The notes: a model not told the origin generated them from the sequence alone. A stretch of 63,952 nucleotides of DNA, filler included, from Pelomyxa schiedti (GCA_020536535.1; 9 parts of 9 records of this genome joined end to end with filler, not necessarily neighbours in it); one strand, 5' to 3'; numbered from the whole stretch's first letter, positions 21,993-34,987 are shown. Numbers and translations are program-made.

Positions 21993-22882
21993 ATGACCAA
22001 CGAGGGTGCAGCGGCGATGGACGCGCGAGTAGTGGTGGTTGCCGGGGCCCACGGCGACACCCACGATGATGGGACGGTGTCGTCGGTTGCTACCGAAACG
22101 CCGGCGGCGACGGTAGCCGATGGAAGCGAAGTTACCAAAAGCAGCCCGGCGGCGAGTAGGAGGAACCCTTTGCTGACGTCATCGGGGGGCACGCCCAGGT
22201 ACACGCTAAAAATACACAAGGCAGTCAACATCAAGGGAATGGACGCAAATGGAAAATCAGACGCGTGTGTTTTTCATTGGCTGTGTGGAACAATATGCTT
22301 ATTGGGTGTTCTCTGTATCTTTTTTTTTTTGTTTGTTTGTTTTTGTTGTTATTGTTTGATGGTTCATTTGTTCCTATTTTTTTCCCCACTCTGGGGATTG
22401 TGTTGTGTGGCTGGTGGGTACCGGAGTTAATAAACTAGGAATGAAGATACTGCACATTGACCAACTACAAGGGGAAGCCTAAATCGACCAAGGTTATAAT
22501 GGCCACGCTCAATCCTATCTGGAATGGTACCGTTTGCGCATCTACTCTAATTCACTGATAAGTGAACTGAATTTAGAGACGTTTATTGTAAGAGGACCCA
22601 CTCTTCGCATTTCAATGTATGACAAAGATTTGGTATCTCCCCATTCTAGCTTATTTTATAGCATATATTGATTTTACTTACCTGAAATAGATGAGTGCTG
22701 ATGATATGATTGGCTATGCGGACATTGACCTACAGTCTGCAGCAGATGGCACAGAACGTGATTTCCGGATGTTGGACGAAACAGGCCATCACAGCCACAG
22801 AGGGCACCTGTTGGTTATCGTCTATCCTGGTGATACCAGGCCCAAGGGTAAATATGTTCCCGGCCACAATGATACTCTATGA
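21993..22882 (+). CDS. C2-domain protein
   Basis: Spliced: LKIHKAVNIKGMDANGKSDAYC...TKVIMATLNPIWNETF...MYDKDLMSADDMIG, with Ca-binding Asp residues present. Confidence 0.9.
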
Positions 22883-23101
22883 GAACTTATCAAATACCAC
22901 TGTGATGTAAAAGCTAAAAAAAAATCTCTCCCCTCTTGTTTGGCAACAAGACACCTCCCATGATACACCACCACAACATGAGACTTCACATTTTCAAATC
23001 ACCCAAATGAAAATACAACGTTTGCAACTTTTCTCTTTTAAAACATCTGTTGTTGAATAGCATACAGTCGCGGCACGCCACTCCTCCCGTAAATGCATCA
23101 G

Positions 23102-24833
23102 TCAATCAGAGCATGCGGGGACAATGACAGTGTAAACATCCATCTTTGCCTCTCGTCCTCTGATTGTAACCTCCCCTAGTGCTTCGATTGGCAATCTGCC
23201 TGCAATGGCCCTTTGCACACTCTCAGAGAATAGAATCTTGGTTCCAAGGTCTTTGTTGAGTTGTTCCAACCGCGCTGCGGATTTGAAATTAGTTTGCTAC
23301 ATTAACAGATGTATTGAGGAATTTCTTTCATACCAGCAACATTAACGGCATCACCAAGAACTGTGTAATCAAATCTTTGAGGGGAGCCGAAATTACCTAC
23401 AAGTACACGGCCAGTATTGATTCCTGCTCTGAACTCAATTGCCGGTAGACCCTAACGATTCTATTAATTGTGAATATGTTCTGAAAGATACCTTGTTTTT
23501 GTTCTCGGCGTTCATTATATTCAACTCTTCAAAACACCTCATCACGGCATGAACTGCTTTGTAGGTGTGGTCTTCGCAGGGGTGGGGGTGATTCCAGAAA
23601 GACATAATACAGTCCTACACTTTGTTATACTACACATAATGTCCGTTTTCACTCACGCCAATGAACTTGTCAACCGTTGCGCCTTCAGCGATGAGAACTT
23701 GGCACATCCGCTGCATAAAGACACTCATCAGGGTCACTAATGTATTTGGGGCCATTTTCTGTGTATTGTGACAACCTCTTCTTTCAGAACAACTAACATA
23801 CTTCGCAAAGACTCGTGAAACCAACAATGTCCATGAAAACAACCTATTCGCTACCGTGAGAAACAAAGAAAGAAAATGAACACACTCACGGTCACGTTGT
23901 GCCTTTCCAGATAAAGTGAGGACATCTTGTCATTTCCATCCAAGAGCTGTCTTACAACACCGGCCGATACATACCTTTTCAAGGTGAGGAATGCATAGAA
24001 GCCAGGGAAACAAACTTGCTGAAAGCGTGTATTCCTTGCTTCATTGCCATGTAATCCCTTATCATGGAATGAAGCTCAGTGAATATATTTACACTGTTTC
24101 CAACAGGTTTAAATCTCAGTTTAGAAAGGTTCTGCATATCTTAACGTAGTTTTAGAGGTGATTCCACGTTGGGATCAACCAACCTTTGATGAGGTTTCTC
24201 AGTGGAGAGACCAAAAGGACTGATAGGACAAGGGCTAGAGCCACACTGACAGCAATGCTACACACAAGTACTACTATGCTGTCCTTGGTCCCTTCCTCGA
24301 TTGTTTTCATCATCTCCGAGCTCGGAATTGCTGCGAATCCACACCATAGGCGCTGGCCTGCTTTAATTTCTACGTGGGTAACTTAGTTAAAACACTTCTG
24401 GGTTCAGGAATACATACGCGCTACTGCCACTGTGAATGTACTGCCATTCACAGTGAATCGCATGTGAGTCAGTGCTGTTATATTACTGCATCCACCTTGC
24501 AGGTTAATTTCCCGTGCAATGGCGGCTATAACGGCGTTGTTACTGCAATTTGCTTGAAGGGGCTGATCACGGCCGGCTGTCAAGAATTAGATGAAATTTG
24601 GGAGCTATTGGAAGTTTACTTTGGTCAACGTTAACAACAGTTCCATTGGAGGCTCCAAGAAGAAACCCATCCTGAGTTGTCACGTAAATAATGTTTGTTC
24701 CAGCTGCAATCTTAAACATGTAAGTGTAAAAAAAATACCCGTTTTTCTTACATCTCGCAAACTGTCAGACAGCCCTCTCACAGTATAAGATCGTTGAAGT
24801 ACTCCCATTAGTTCCCCACTTGTGCTCATATCT
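23102..24833 (-). CDS. Membrane class III adenylate cyclase (TM-HAMP-like-cyclase), 5' end lost in gap
   Basis: Spliced: [64 protein letters not shown]. The Lys/Asp pair indicates ATP specificity. TM helix upstream. Confidence 0.9.
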
Positions 24834-24933
24834 NNNNNNNNNNNNNNNNNNNNNNNNNNNNNNNNNNNNNNNNNNNNNNNNNNNNNNNNNNNNNNNNNNN
24901 NNNNNNNNNNNNNNNNNNNNNNNNNNNNNNNNN

Positions 24934-25792
24934 AATCACCCGGCGATACCGCCGATACTGACACAAACATCGTTGTGCACTCTCTGCAGGCTATTGAATT
25001 GGCATTTGCCGTATGTTTCACAACTTAAATGTTAAACCAGAGTTAATTTTCCCCAAGTTCTGTGCTTTCAAAATGCTCAAGTGGGCTCCAAAACCAGACA
25101 CTCTGGATGTACTTTTATCATTGGTTTCAGAGGCCTCTCACCAATTGGCGACTGTGTGCTCAGTCACAAGGGATCTTTACTTCAGTGACTTCACAGTGGA
25201 AACCCCACCTCCACTGCACACACCGTGCGTCCTGGATATCGCACAAGCCAATGCCACAGCAGCCCACGTGATACTGCAATTGGTGCACAATCACAGGCCA
25301 CAGCTGCCATTCTTCAGTGTAACAATGGCACTTAGGGCATGGGTCACAACAAAGAACTGGGATGCTGTTGGTGTTGTGTGCCTTGCTCGCTCTCTCACTC
25401 AGTCTGATGACATCAACCTGTCTTACTTGGAACTGGAATCAGTCCCCGGAGCATTGAGGACTCTGTCATGCAGGACACTCGACCTCTCTGGAAACAATAT
25501 CACCAGTATACCCAAGTGGCTTGCTGAAATGCCCAATGTTATCTTTGGAAACACTCGTTGGGCCCCATTTCGTCAGGAACAAGAAGATGTATTTCTGCAA
25601 AGTAGGAATTACGTGACAACAAACACACATAAACTCGTGTTTGTTGGTGACACTGCCGTTGGGAAGACCACACTTTTGAGGTGTATGATGGAGAATAAGA
25701 AAAAACTGACCACAAAGCACATCCACACTGGGCTTTCTGTGTATCACAAGGTCAGATTCAGAAGCAAAACAATACGTTGGACAGTGTGGGAC
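24934..25792 (+). repeat. Near-identical copy (allele or recent paralogue) of ROCO segment 11232..12090
   Basis: 859 bp, 13 substitutions by manual comparison, bounded by a gap and a linker. Confidence 0.9.
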
Positions 25793-25892
25793 NNNNNNNN
25801 NNNNNNNNNNNNNNNNNNNNNNNNNNNNNNNNNNNNTTAATTAATTAANNNNNNNNNNNNNNNNNNNNNNNNNNNNNNNNNNNNNNNNNNNN
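25793..25892. other. Artificial contig linker (others at 30014, 36798, 48547, 50663, 52520, 56200, 61956)
   Basis: N44-TTAATTAATTAA-N44, which places stops in all six frames. Confidence 0.97.
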
Positions 25893-25980
25893 CGCAGACA
25901 ACTCTTGTCGGTGCTGTAAAATGTTGTTGGAACGGAAAACCCCAGGTGCCCTGCAGCACAAGATTCGGGACAGTTTCTGA

Positions 25981-28900
25981 CTACGAGTTGGAATCTGGGA
26001 GGAGAGACGCAACAATCCCCGCGAGGCAAGTGGCAATGTGCTCCGTGGTGGTTGCAGACGAGGGCCAGGGGGTGCTGCCCAACGACGGTGGTGCCGAGCC
26101 TGTGGTGCTCGTGCTCGTGCTCGTGCTTGCTGTTGTTGCCGTGGTTGGTGCGCGTGTGCCTGTGGCGCTGCTGCTTGTTGTTGTGAACGCCATCTCCGCA
26201 CATGTCATCAGCATTTTCTCGATCGCCGGGAATGGCGGCCGGTTGATCTCTGTGTGGTGTGTTTGTTTGTACAGTGGATAAGGTACTGGAAAGAAGAACA
26301 ACGAACCGAGGATGGAGAGGCAGGACTCAACAACGAGAGAGAACAGACCAACGCACGCCCGGTGCTCGTTGTTGTTGTTGTTCATCTTGGGATCACGTCG
26401 CAACGCCGAAATGATTGCGATCCTACGGCTGAGGCACTCAGCAATGGGCATGTCTCCAACGTCATCGCAAAGCCGGTCCACTTCTGTGTGTGTTGTTGTG
26501 AGTCACGGGGAGATGACGGGGGAGAGAGAACCAACCCTGTGTTGTGTGTGTGTTGTTGTGAGAAACGAACCAGAAATTTCAGGGGATGACAGTGATGACC
26601 TCTGGAGCTTCATAAACTCACCCATTTTGGCAAAGGACTTGGGGAGTGTGACCTCCGGTACGGTGCCCTGCAGAAGTTCACTCAACAAAACTGCAAACTC
26701 CCACATGTCTCCTGCGATCATCAGTGTCAGAACAACAACCGGAATTAGAGAATTCACCACCAACCTTGAATTCCGTAGTGACGAGAGTGCATCTGTGGTG
26801 GCAGGTAAATCGGCGTTCCTGCACCGTTGGTGAAAGTACCAAGTGCTGTTGGTCTATGTCCACCAGGGAGAGCATTTCCGACGCTGGCTCTTGACACTCC
26901 TTTGGTGATCGCGTCAAATTGGAATGAAGTGATGGAGAGAGAGAAAAACCGAAATCAGCGATTTTTGGAGTTCCACAAGAATCCAGGAGAACGTTGTTGC
27001 TGCTCAGGTCCCGGTGCATGATATTCCTCCTGTGTGTTTGTGTTTAAACACAGTTAATACCGCAGTACTTTAATTAAAACATAAATTGAAAAGAGGCAAG
27101 ACGAAATCACAAACAAGTGAAGGGCAGTCATTCCTTTGGCAATTCCTGAAGAGATCGCAACAACTTCCACAAATGTCAAACTTTTCTGATGTGTGCGTTG
27201 TGGGTGTCAGTGTCAAAAGAAGAAGTTTAACTTCGAGGGTGGTGTGTGGGAATGAAGAAAAAGGCCAAACAAACATGATGAAGGAGCTGCCTGAGGCTCA
27301 ATTCCATGAGTTCAGAGACGATCCAGAGTGACCCTGTGCTTGTGATGCACGTTCTGTGTGATTCAGTAGAAGACACAAGCAAACTCTCTGCGAGCACGAG
27401 CACGAACACCGAGACTGAGAGACTGACCTGCTGAGTCAGCACTCGGACCTGACATCTTAGGAAATCAAGTTCGCGGAAATCTACCTGATCGTTCACCTCG
27501 ATTTCAAGTCGTTTTCGAGTCCTTATAAGCCCGACACACTCCGACCTTAGAATCACGACCCAAACCTCATAAATCAAAACAAACAACAAAACAGAACAAA
27601 TAATAGAATCCTTTCTTGATCTCGTTCTTGTTCTCTGCTTTGCCGTCACACAACGAACTACATCCCACAGAAGCACACAGTTCCAAGGCATCTCACAATG
27701 TTTGGGTGCCTCAAGCTTGACGAAATCTGTGGGAGATGTGGTGAGCAAATTTTTTTCCAACACACAGGATCATCGATTACACAGCTCTTGCTCACACACA
27801 CAGACACACAAGCTCACCAGAGCTTCTTGCTGAAACCTGGTGATGTTGAACTCGGATTTTATGCTTTCGTGAAGTGATTTCACTGCCACAAGTGATGTTG
27901 TTGTAGTTGTTATTTCTGATGATGTTGAGGAGGAGGAAGATGTTGCTGCTGGTGCTGTGTTGTTGGGAAGGAAGAAGGAGCACTTGAAAACGGTTCCATA
28001 TGATCCAACTCCAAGTGTTGAAACAACTTTCAGGTCTTTCTCTTGTATTGTCATGCTTGATTTGATTCGCACTTGAATTGACACAACCACTCTGTTTGTG
28101 CTGCTGCAGCAGCAGTTGCCTTGCTGTTGTTGATGAATTTCTTCCAAGGTTCTGGATGGATCACTCAACAGTTCCTCCACTCCAGAGCTGTTATCTGAAC
28201 CAACAATGAAAATGAGTTGTTGTGTCGGTTCAACTCCAAACTTCCTTGAGATGATGATTTTCACAACCTGGGAATTTGGTTGGTACGTTTTTTTCCCACA
28301 CAAGCACAGAAAAGTGATCAACAAATCACACAAACAACGAGGATGGAACATCAATACATACCATTTGAAGAGGACAGGAGGCACACACAATTTCATCAAA
28401 AGAGGCAAGGTCCTCAAACACAATCGTGACTGGCAAGCATTTGCAGTTGTTGTTATTGTTTTCAGGGAGAATGTTGCACCACGTGCCGCCTTCCCCTCCT
28501 TGTTCAACATGTGACATCACGTGATTCGTGTCTGCCATTGACAGTTAGAGAGAGCAATGCTTGTTGGTTGATTGAAAAAGTTATGTGTTGTGAATGTGAA
28601 GAAACAAACGGTTTTGATCAGATGCTCTTTCATCACAAAAAATCTTCAGGTTCTCGGCACTTTCTTCCTCCAGTGTGGAGATCTGTTCCATCAGCTCTTT
28701 TTTGTTTGTTCGTTAGAAGGAAAAAAAGTGGAGTGGGGTTCTCAAAGAGAGAAGAAAGGAGGTTAAAACCCTTGATCTTTGCAGTTGAATCATCAAATCT
28801 CTTTTGGTTGAGCTGTCTTTCATCATGGAGAAGCTTCAGGTTCTTTGTGTTTTCTTCCTCCAGTTGTGTGATTCGTGCCTTCAGTTCTTTGATTTCTTCG

Positions 28901-29890
28901 GCACAATGTTTGAGTTAGTTTTGAAGAAAACGGTGGTGTGGGGTGAGAAGTGCGAAGTGTTTCAGAGAAGAAAGGAGGTGAAAAAACCAGATTGTGTGTG
29001 TGTGAGTGAGGTGCGTGCACGTTGATATTTGAAATTTGGAGGGTTGCGTTACCACTCTGCTGCTGTATTTCAGTAGTGATTTCCCTGTTTCTTCCTTGTT
29101 TCCCGCCGTTGTTGCTGCTGCCAGTGATGGTGCCACAACCTACTTCAATACCTTTGGACACCACCACATTGCTGGTGGTAGTTGTTGTTGGGGCCTTTGC
29201 TGCCGTCGTTGTTGTTGCTGTGGGTGGTGTTTGTTGTTGTGGTGGTGGGAAGGTGGGCTTTGGGAATGGCATAATCCTTGCGTTGTGATCCATCAAGAGG
29301 TTGCAGATATTAGTGTGGTTCCTTCTTGTTGCCACATCCAGTGGTGTTTCACCTTTGCCGTTCTTGCAGTTTGTGTCAATTCCATTGACTTTGAGCAGAA
29401 CCTTCACCCCTTCCACGAATCCCTCTTCACAAGCAACGTGCAGTGCTGTTTGACCATTAATAGACTGGTATCGTGTTTTTTCCGCCACCAAGTTGACGTC
29501 CACACGTGGGCACTCAAGCAACGCCACCACCACACCCACGTGGTGACACCGACATGCAATGGCCAGTGGGCACTCCTTGTTCACATCCACATCGGGTCTT
29601 GCCACCAACATCCTCACCACTGCCTCGTGGCCCCAGTAAGCGGCGAGACCCAGTGGCGTCGCACCAAAACCGTTGGTTTTGGTTGGGTCGATCGGGGGGT
29701 CGCGTGACGCACCCACGGCAAGGAGCTGCCCAACAACCGACTCGTGTCCGAAGCGGCACGCAATGTGAAATAGGGTGCAACCAAGACCATTGATGGGGGT
29801 GTTGATGTCCCACGTGGGTGACGGCAGCTCGGGCATGGTGCCACGCTGGCACGCATCACTCATGGCCTTGTACTGCCGTTGTGTTGTCAT
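25981..29890 (-). CDS. Ankyrin repeat - coiled coil - ubiquitin-like - TKL protein kinase, interrupted by a 325-bp insertion
   Basis: Ankyrin repeats (TPLGLAAYWGH, TALHVACEEG); LGVGSYGTV, VAVK, RHPNIV, HRDLSSNNVLL, ADFG, GTPIYLPP, GDMWEF, RPPF. All introns GT-AG. Confidence 0.85.
27355..27679 (+). mobile_element. Solo-LTR-like insertion (TG...CA, 4-bp TSD GTTC)
   Basis: GTTC at 27351-54 and 27680-83; ends TGTGTG...CACACA; internal TATAAG and AATAAT followed by a T-rich tract. Removal restores RHPNIVRCLGTCITSTGSLWIVSE. Confidence 0.85.
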
Positions 29891-31188
29891 CGCAATAGAC
29901 TTACCCTAAAAATCATTAATCAGCGTTTTCTCATCCATCTGGCAGAAATCGGCTTCACGCAACAGCTTTTGATAAATCGAAAGCTGGCGATAAAACAAAA
30001 GTTTCCGTTCTGGNNNNNNNNNNNNNNNNNNNNNNNNNNNNNNNNNNNNNNNNNNNNTTAATTAATTAANNNNNNNNNNNNNNNNNNNNNNNNNNNNNNN
30101 NNNNNNNNNNNNNCACCTTCCTGCGGGTAGTGACGTGGGCCGTTGTGGCGACAAGAGAATGTACAGTCGTGTGCCCCCTAGACCGGTGTTCCCGGATATG
30201 CGACACTAGAAGAAGAAAAAAAAATGTTTTTTTTCCCTTAAACACCCATCAATGCTTCCCCTACACTCACACTTCAGAGCCTGGGAAACAACACTCGTGC
30301 AGGTAATCGTCGCCTGCACAAGGGGAAGGCTCGTGCCGCTTCAGGAGCCACTGATATTTCCGGGTAACCCGGAATTACAGTAATAATAATAGCGGCGTGA
30401 ATAGTAGTAATATATGTTGGTGATAATATATTAGGAGTAGAAGCAGTAGTAGCCCCCTCTAATAATGTGCTGCCCTAGCACAGCGCCATTGTGGGACAGC
30501 AGTAGCAGGTCGTTGCTGTGGAGGCAATACAGCTTGCTGGTGGTGCGGTGGTGGAACGTACAGCAACGGTTGTGATGATGGTGATGAGAGGTGTATTAAA
30601 CTGTGACCCTTGCCATCGGTTCAAAGAACAAACACCTTGTTTCAATTTAATTCTTCACTTTAAAGAGGACTGTTCTTTTATCGTTTTGTCCAAGTTTCCA
30701 TAAATATTATATTATAATATTATTATTATATTGCTCTGCATGGTACTGACCTGAGCACTCAGAAGACTGCTTGTAAGCCCCACAGCAGACAATGTGGAGT
30801 CGTGTGGGCTCCAGCATGCACCATTGGTGGCACCTGTTCTTCTCTTCGTTATCCAAGCTGAAGGCGTGGTCTTGGTGCTGGTAAAAGTCCTCTCTATGCT
30901 TTTCCACCAATTTACCTTTTTTCTCATCCCAAAGGCCACTGTTTGTGTTTCTCTTTTTTTTGAACATGAAAACGATCTGCTAGCATCTGCTGGTGCAGCT
31001 AGCATAAATGCCAGCTGCACCAGAACGCGCTACAAGCGCGGGAACACGCTAAAAGCGTTTTTTGGGGTAAGTCTATTCAGTTTATTCATTAACCTTCTCT
31101 TGTTTCTTCCTCCCACACAGTTGAGAGTTTTTTGTGAATGGGAGAAACAGGTGAAGATAGACATTTTCGTTGCTACGGTCTTGTGTTA

Positions 31189-33904
31189 CATGCCCTCTTA
31201 TGGCACAGTGACAGAGCCACAACCACAAAAACAACACAAACACCAGCGGCGCCCAAGGCGTGCAGTTCCATGGAACACACCCAAAACCACACAAAGGCCA
31301 AGGTTGAGAGTTGAGTTACCTTCGTTTTTTAAGCAGGGGATCACATTTCTTGGAATCCATCAACAGTGGCGATGGCAGCCTCGACCACGGATATCCGACT
31401 GAGCCACGCACAGGGTCACGACAGAGTGCCGTCGCTGTGCAGTTTGGCGTCACGCGTCGCGGTGTGCAGCGTCGACCGAGTCATCACCGCCATGGTCCAC
31501 GAGCACCGCCTGCCCTATCCCTCGACCTCGGCCTCGGCCTCGTCTGCGGCGGCCCCCACTGCGAAGCGCTCGCCGCCGAGATTGGCCGCGTCGGTCCCGG
31601 CTCCACGTACGTTCGTTTAGATTAGACCACACATCGAATTGACACGACACGTTGATGTTGATGCACAGATAGCGCAGTTGCACTTGCCACGCACGCCAGC
31701 AGCAGAAGCGCGGCCGTGGCCAATTGTGGGACTGAAACCGAGACTGAGACCGGGACCGGGACCGGGACTGGGATTAGGGCGACCAAAACTATACAAAGGG
31801 AGGTGAATCTCTTGGGGGTGCTTCATGATGCCGTCGTGTGCGGCGCACGTGGAGGCCTGTCGTGCAAAAGTGCCCTGTGTGAAAACCACTCCTTCTTTCT
31901 CGGAAATGCAACTGAACGGCTAGTGGACTGCAGTGTGGAAATGAATGCAATCACAAACACAACAACTAATACAACAATGACAACTAGCAATGCTGCAGCA
32001 GCAACAACAACAACTACTACTACTACAGCAACCACAAGCAGCAGGAGTAGCAGAGGAATAAGAAATGGTGATGGTGTTGGGGGCACATCCATGGTGAGCT
32101 GTTTTGTAAGGCTGTCATACGCACTGCAGATGTACTGGGGACCCCTGCGTTGCATTGTGGTGTGGCGTGCATCCTGCTCCTGGAGGGATCCACTCGGTGA
32201 TTCTGAAGTATCTGATAGAAAGAATGATTTGAACACTTGCCAGAATGTCTGTGAGGGGGTGCCACTGTCTTCAGACAGCAGGTTTCAGGCAGAAGGGGCT
32301 AGCGACAAGGGAATTGTTACTAATGAAAAGGGGGCTCTGTCTAATGCCGTGGCTAGTGGAGCGCAGTCGAGCAGTTGCAATTTGCCTGATGTTCCTACAC
32401 CATCACAAGCAAAGAGACCTCGCCTCAGTCACAACACAAATGCAACAATGTGTGAGAAGAGTCCTGGTACTCCTTGTCAACTCCAACCTATTGTCTCGTC
32501 AACACCATGGGATCACCTACCAGCTCTCTCTCACTGTTGTCGGAACACTTTTGCTTCATCTATTTCAGCTCAGAGGGTTTATCTTTTATTTCATCAAACA
32601 GTACCTAACCTGATAAGGTATTCTTTGAGTTGGATCTAAGGGGAAATATCCCCAATCTGCAAGATTTTCTACCTACCCTTTCACAAATTACCAATACTTT
32701 TAATGTAGTCTTAATCTTCTTTCAGTATTTATCTCACTGTAATAAGATGCTACAAGTGGATGGAAGTCTCATCACAGACACCGGTATGGCTCAACTGTGT
32801 GAAATATTGAAGGACTCCCTGCTTTCGGTTTCGGCTTCCAACTGTAGCAAAATTTCAGATAACTCAATTGTCGATCTTTCAAATTGCCCAAACTTGACAG
32901 AACTGTGTCTAAGTACATAGCTCTCAGTGATTCATTATTCATTTCTTTAGGTGGTTGCACAAGTATTACCGACTTCACAGTGGAAGTTATCTGCACCAAC
33001 TGTAGAGCCTTAAAGAGGCTAGATATCTCCCACTGTGAAGTGCGTGCACAGTTACTTTTCAAAATCATTGTGCTGATCCTTTTTTAAGAATATTACTGAT
33101 GCGGCCATTAAAGAAAAACCATCAGGCGAGACTACTGTTGGCTTATCTGGGCTCACATACCTAAGTTTGGCTTGGGACGATATTTGGTATTACATGATAT
33201 ACTTTTCTGTTCTTAATAAGCCACAGTTCTGCCCTTGGGAACATACCTAAAATATGTCCTTTCCTTGAAGTGTTAAACCTATGTGGAACCTCATTAAAGG
33301 ATCGTAGATTATCTAAGTTACTCAATGCACTTACTAACCTCACAGAGCTGGTTTGTTGATCTCCCTAAAAGTAAAATTAACTGGTTCCAGGACTTAAGTT
33401 GGTGCAATCGCGTATTTCGCAAAGACAGGGCATTGAAAGTTTCTAACGACTCATTCAATTATTGTGGTGCTAAAAAAGCCATTGCAGTGCTTCGGAAAAA
33501 TTCGTACTTTATCAATTGGAGGCACGGATATCAATGATTCTTTACTCAGTGAACTCTTGAACCACATTCCGGAGCTTGAGGTTTCCGCTAACTCATTCTC
33601 CCCTGTCCACTCATGCACATCGCAGTACTTGAGCATTTCCTTCTGTAAACATGTAACGGGCTCAACTCTGATAACTGACCTTTCCCACTGTCCATCCCTC
33701 AAGGTCTCCTTCTATCTCGACCTCCCCCAACACCAAATTTTCTGCTAAATAACACGGAATTCCCAGGTTCTTGAAACCCTAGACTGCTGCCTGAATGAAG
33801 AAACCATCAATCAAGTCCGCATGTCCTTCCCTGGTATCAAAATCATATGGTCTCCCGTACCAGTCTACAGCAACGCGGCTTTCGACGACGCTCTGATTCT
33901 CTAA
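31189..33904 (+). CDS. Cys-containing (AMN1/FBXL-type) LRR protein with a BC-box-like motif
   Basis: Repeats NCSKISDNSI, GCTSITDFTV, LKRLDISHC, LSISFCKHVT; N-terminal RVPSLCSLASRVAV. Start codon uncertain. Confidence 0.7.
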
Positions 33905-34071
33905 ATTTCTATTCTTCACAAAATCAACTTCTGTTATTTTTCCTGCTTTTTATTGCATCTTCTGCAACAACCACTTAAAAGGCATCAGTGCCCGGCGGCC
34001 GAACACAATTCCATAGCCCATAAGGGCAACAAAAAAAAAAAAAAAAGAAAATCAAACTAGTCAATAGGGCT

Positions 34072-34683
34072 ATGGCGGCTATAGCGGCAACGGTCGCACT
34101 GGCCGCCGGTGCGTATGCGGCATGGAACCATGTATCAAACATACCATTCCAGTACGTCAGGGATCTGACCGAGGAGGAGAAGGAAAAAATAAAGCACAAG
34201 TACAACATCACGTATTATAAATACACTGTGATAAAGCCTCTCACTGTGAGTAGCCCCAATTTTTCATTTTTTTTTTTCCTTCTTGCATTTCGTTTCGTGC
34301 TTACCTTCCCGAATTGTCTCTTAATATCTTTTACTAGCAAGAAGTTGGCGGCAAGACAGTCACTGTGCCTGTCGGGTTTCTTACAGATGGTTTGTATACC
34401 ACGTTATTCCTTCTCAAATGTGTAATGTATCTCAGGTTGCAGTGGGCCACTTACCTGTGATAAATTCGAGGAAGCGGAGTGGCTGGTAAACAAACCATAC
34501 TTTGTATTCTTGATTTACACCATGATGCAGATGCACGATTGGTTGTACTCCACCCACGAAGTTGACAAAGCTACAGCCGATAAGGTGCTGGCTAGCCTCC
34601 CTGATCGCGAGCTGGCTGTACATTACTTTGGCGATTCTGCGTGGGAAACCAGTGGTTCACGTGGCCCGCAGTTTCTTCCCTAG
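34072..34683 (+). CDS. DUF1353-like small protein (4 exons)
   Basis: Spliced: ...KTVTVPVGFLTDGCSGP...EWLMHDWLY...ADKVL...AVHYFGDSAW, with a hydrophobic N-terminus. Confidence 0.7.
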
Positions 34684-34987
34684 AATCCTTCTCAAGGAAG
34701 ATAATATTGAAGATACCATGTTTATACATTCTTCGCGGAGTGAGCCAATGTTGCCTTGGGTGTTTGCAAAATGGAAAAAATCATTGAAAATCAAAACGAA
34801 ATCCACTGGGGGCAACAATTTTAGTGGCTATAAACGTCCACTTGACTTGTTTCTGATTGGTCCACTGATCCATTGCCCAGAAGTTCATTTCTTCGTGGCT
34901 AAAAATCTGAGAAAGGGCAGAACTTTTCCTGTTTCGTCAGATCGTGAGACAAACTGGTTACAAGTTCAAAAAACTAGACCAAAAGCA

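Noticed and set aside
30875-30895. GACTTTTACCAG resembling U5 snRNA loop 1
   Set aside because: Does not match GCCUUUUAC and has no enclosing stem.
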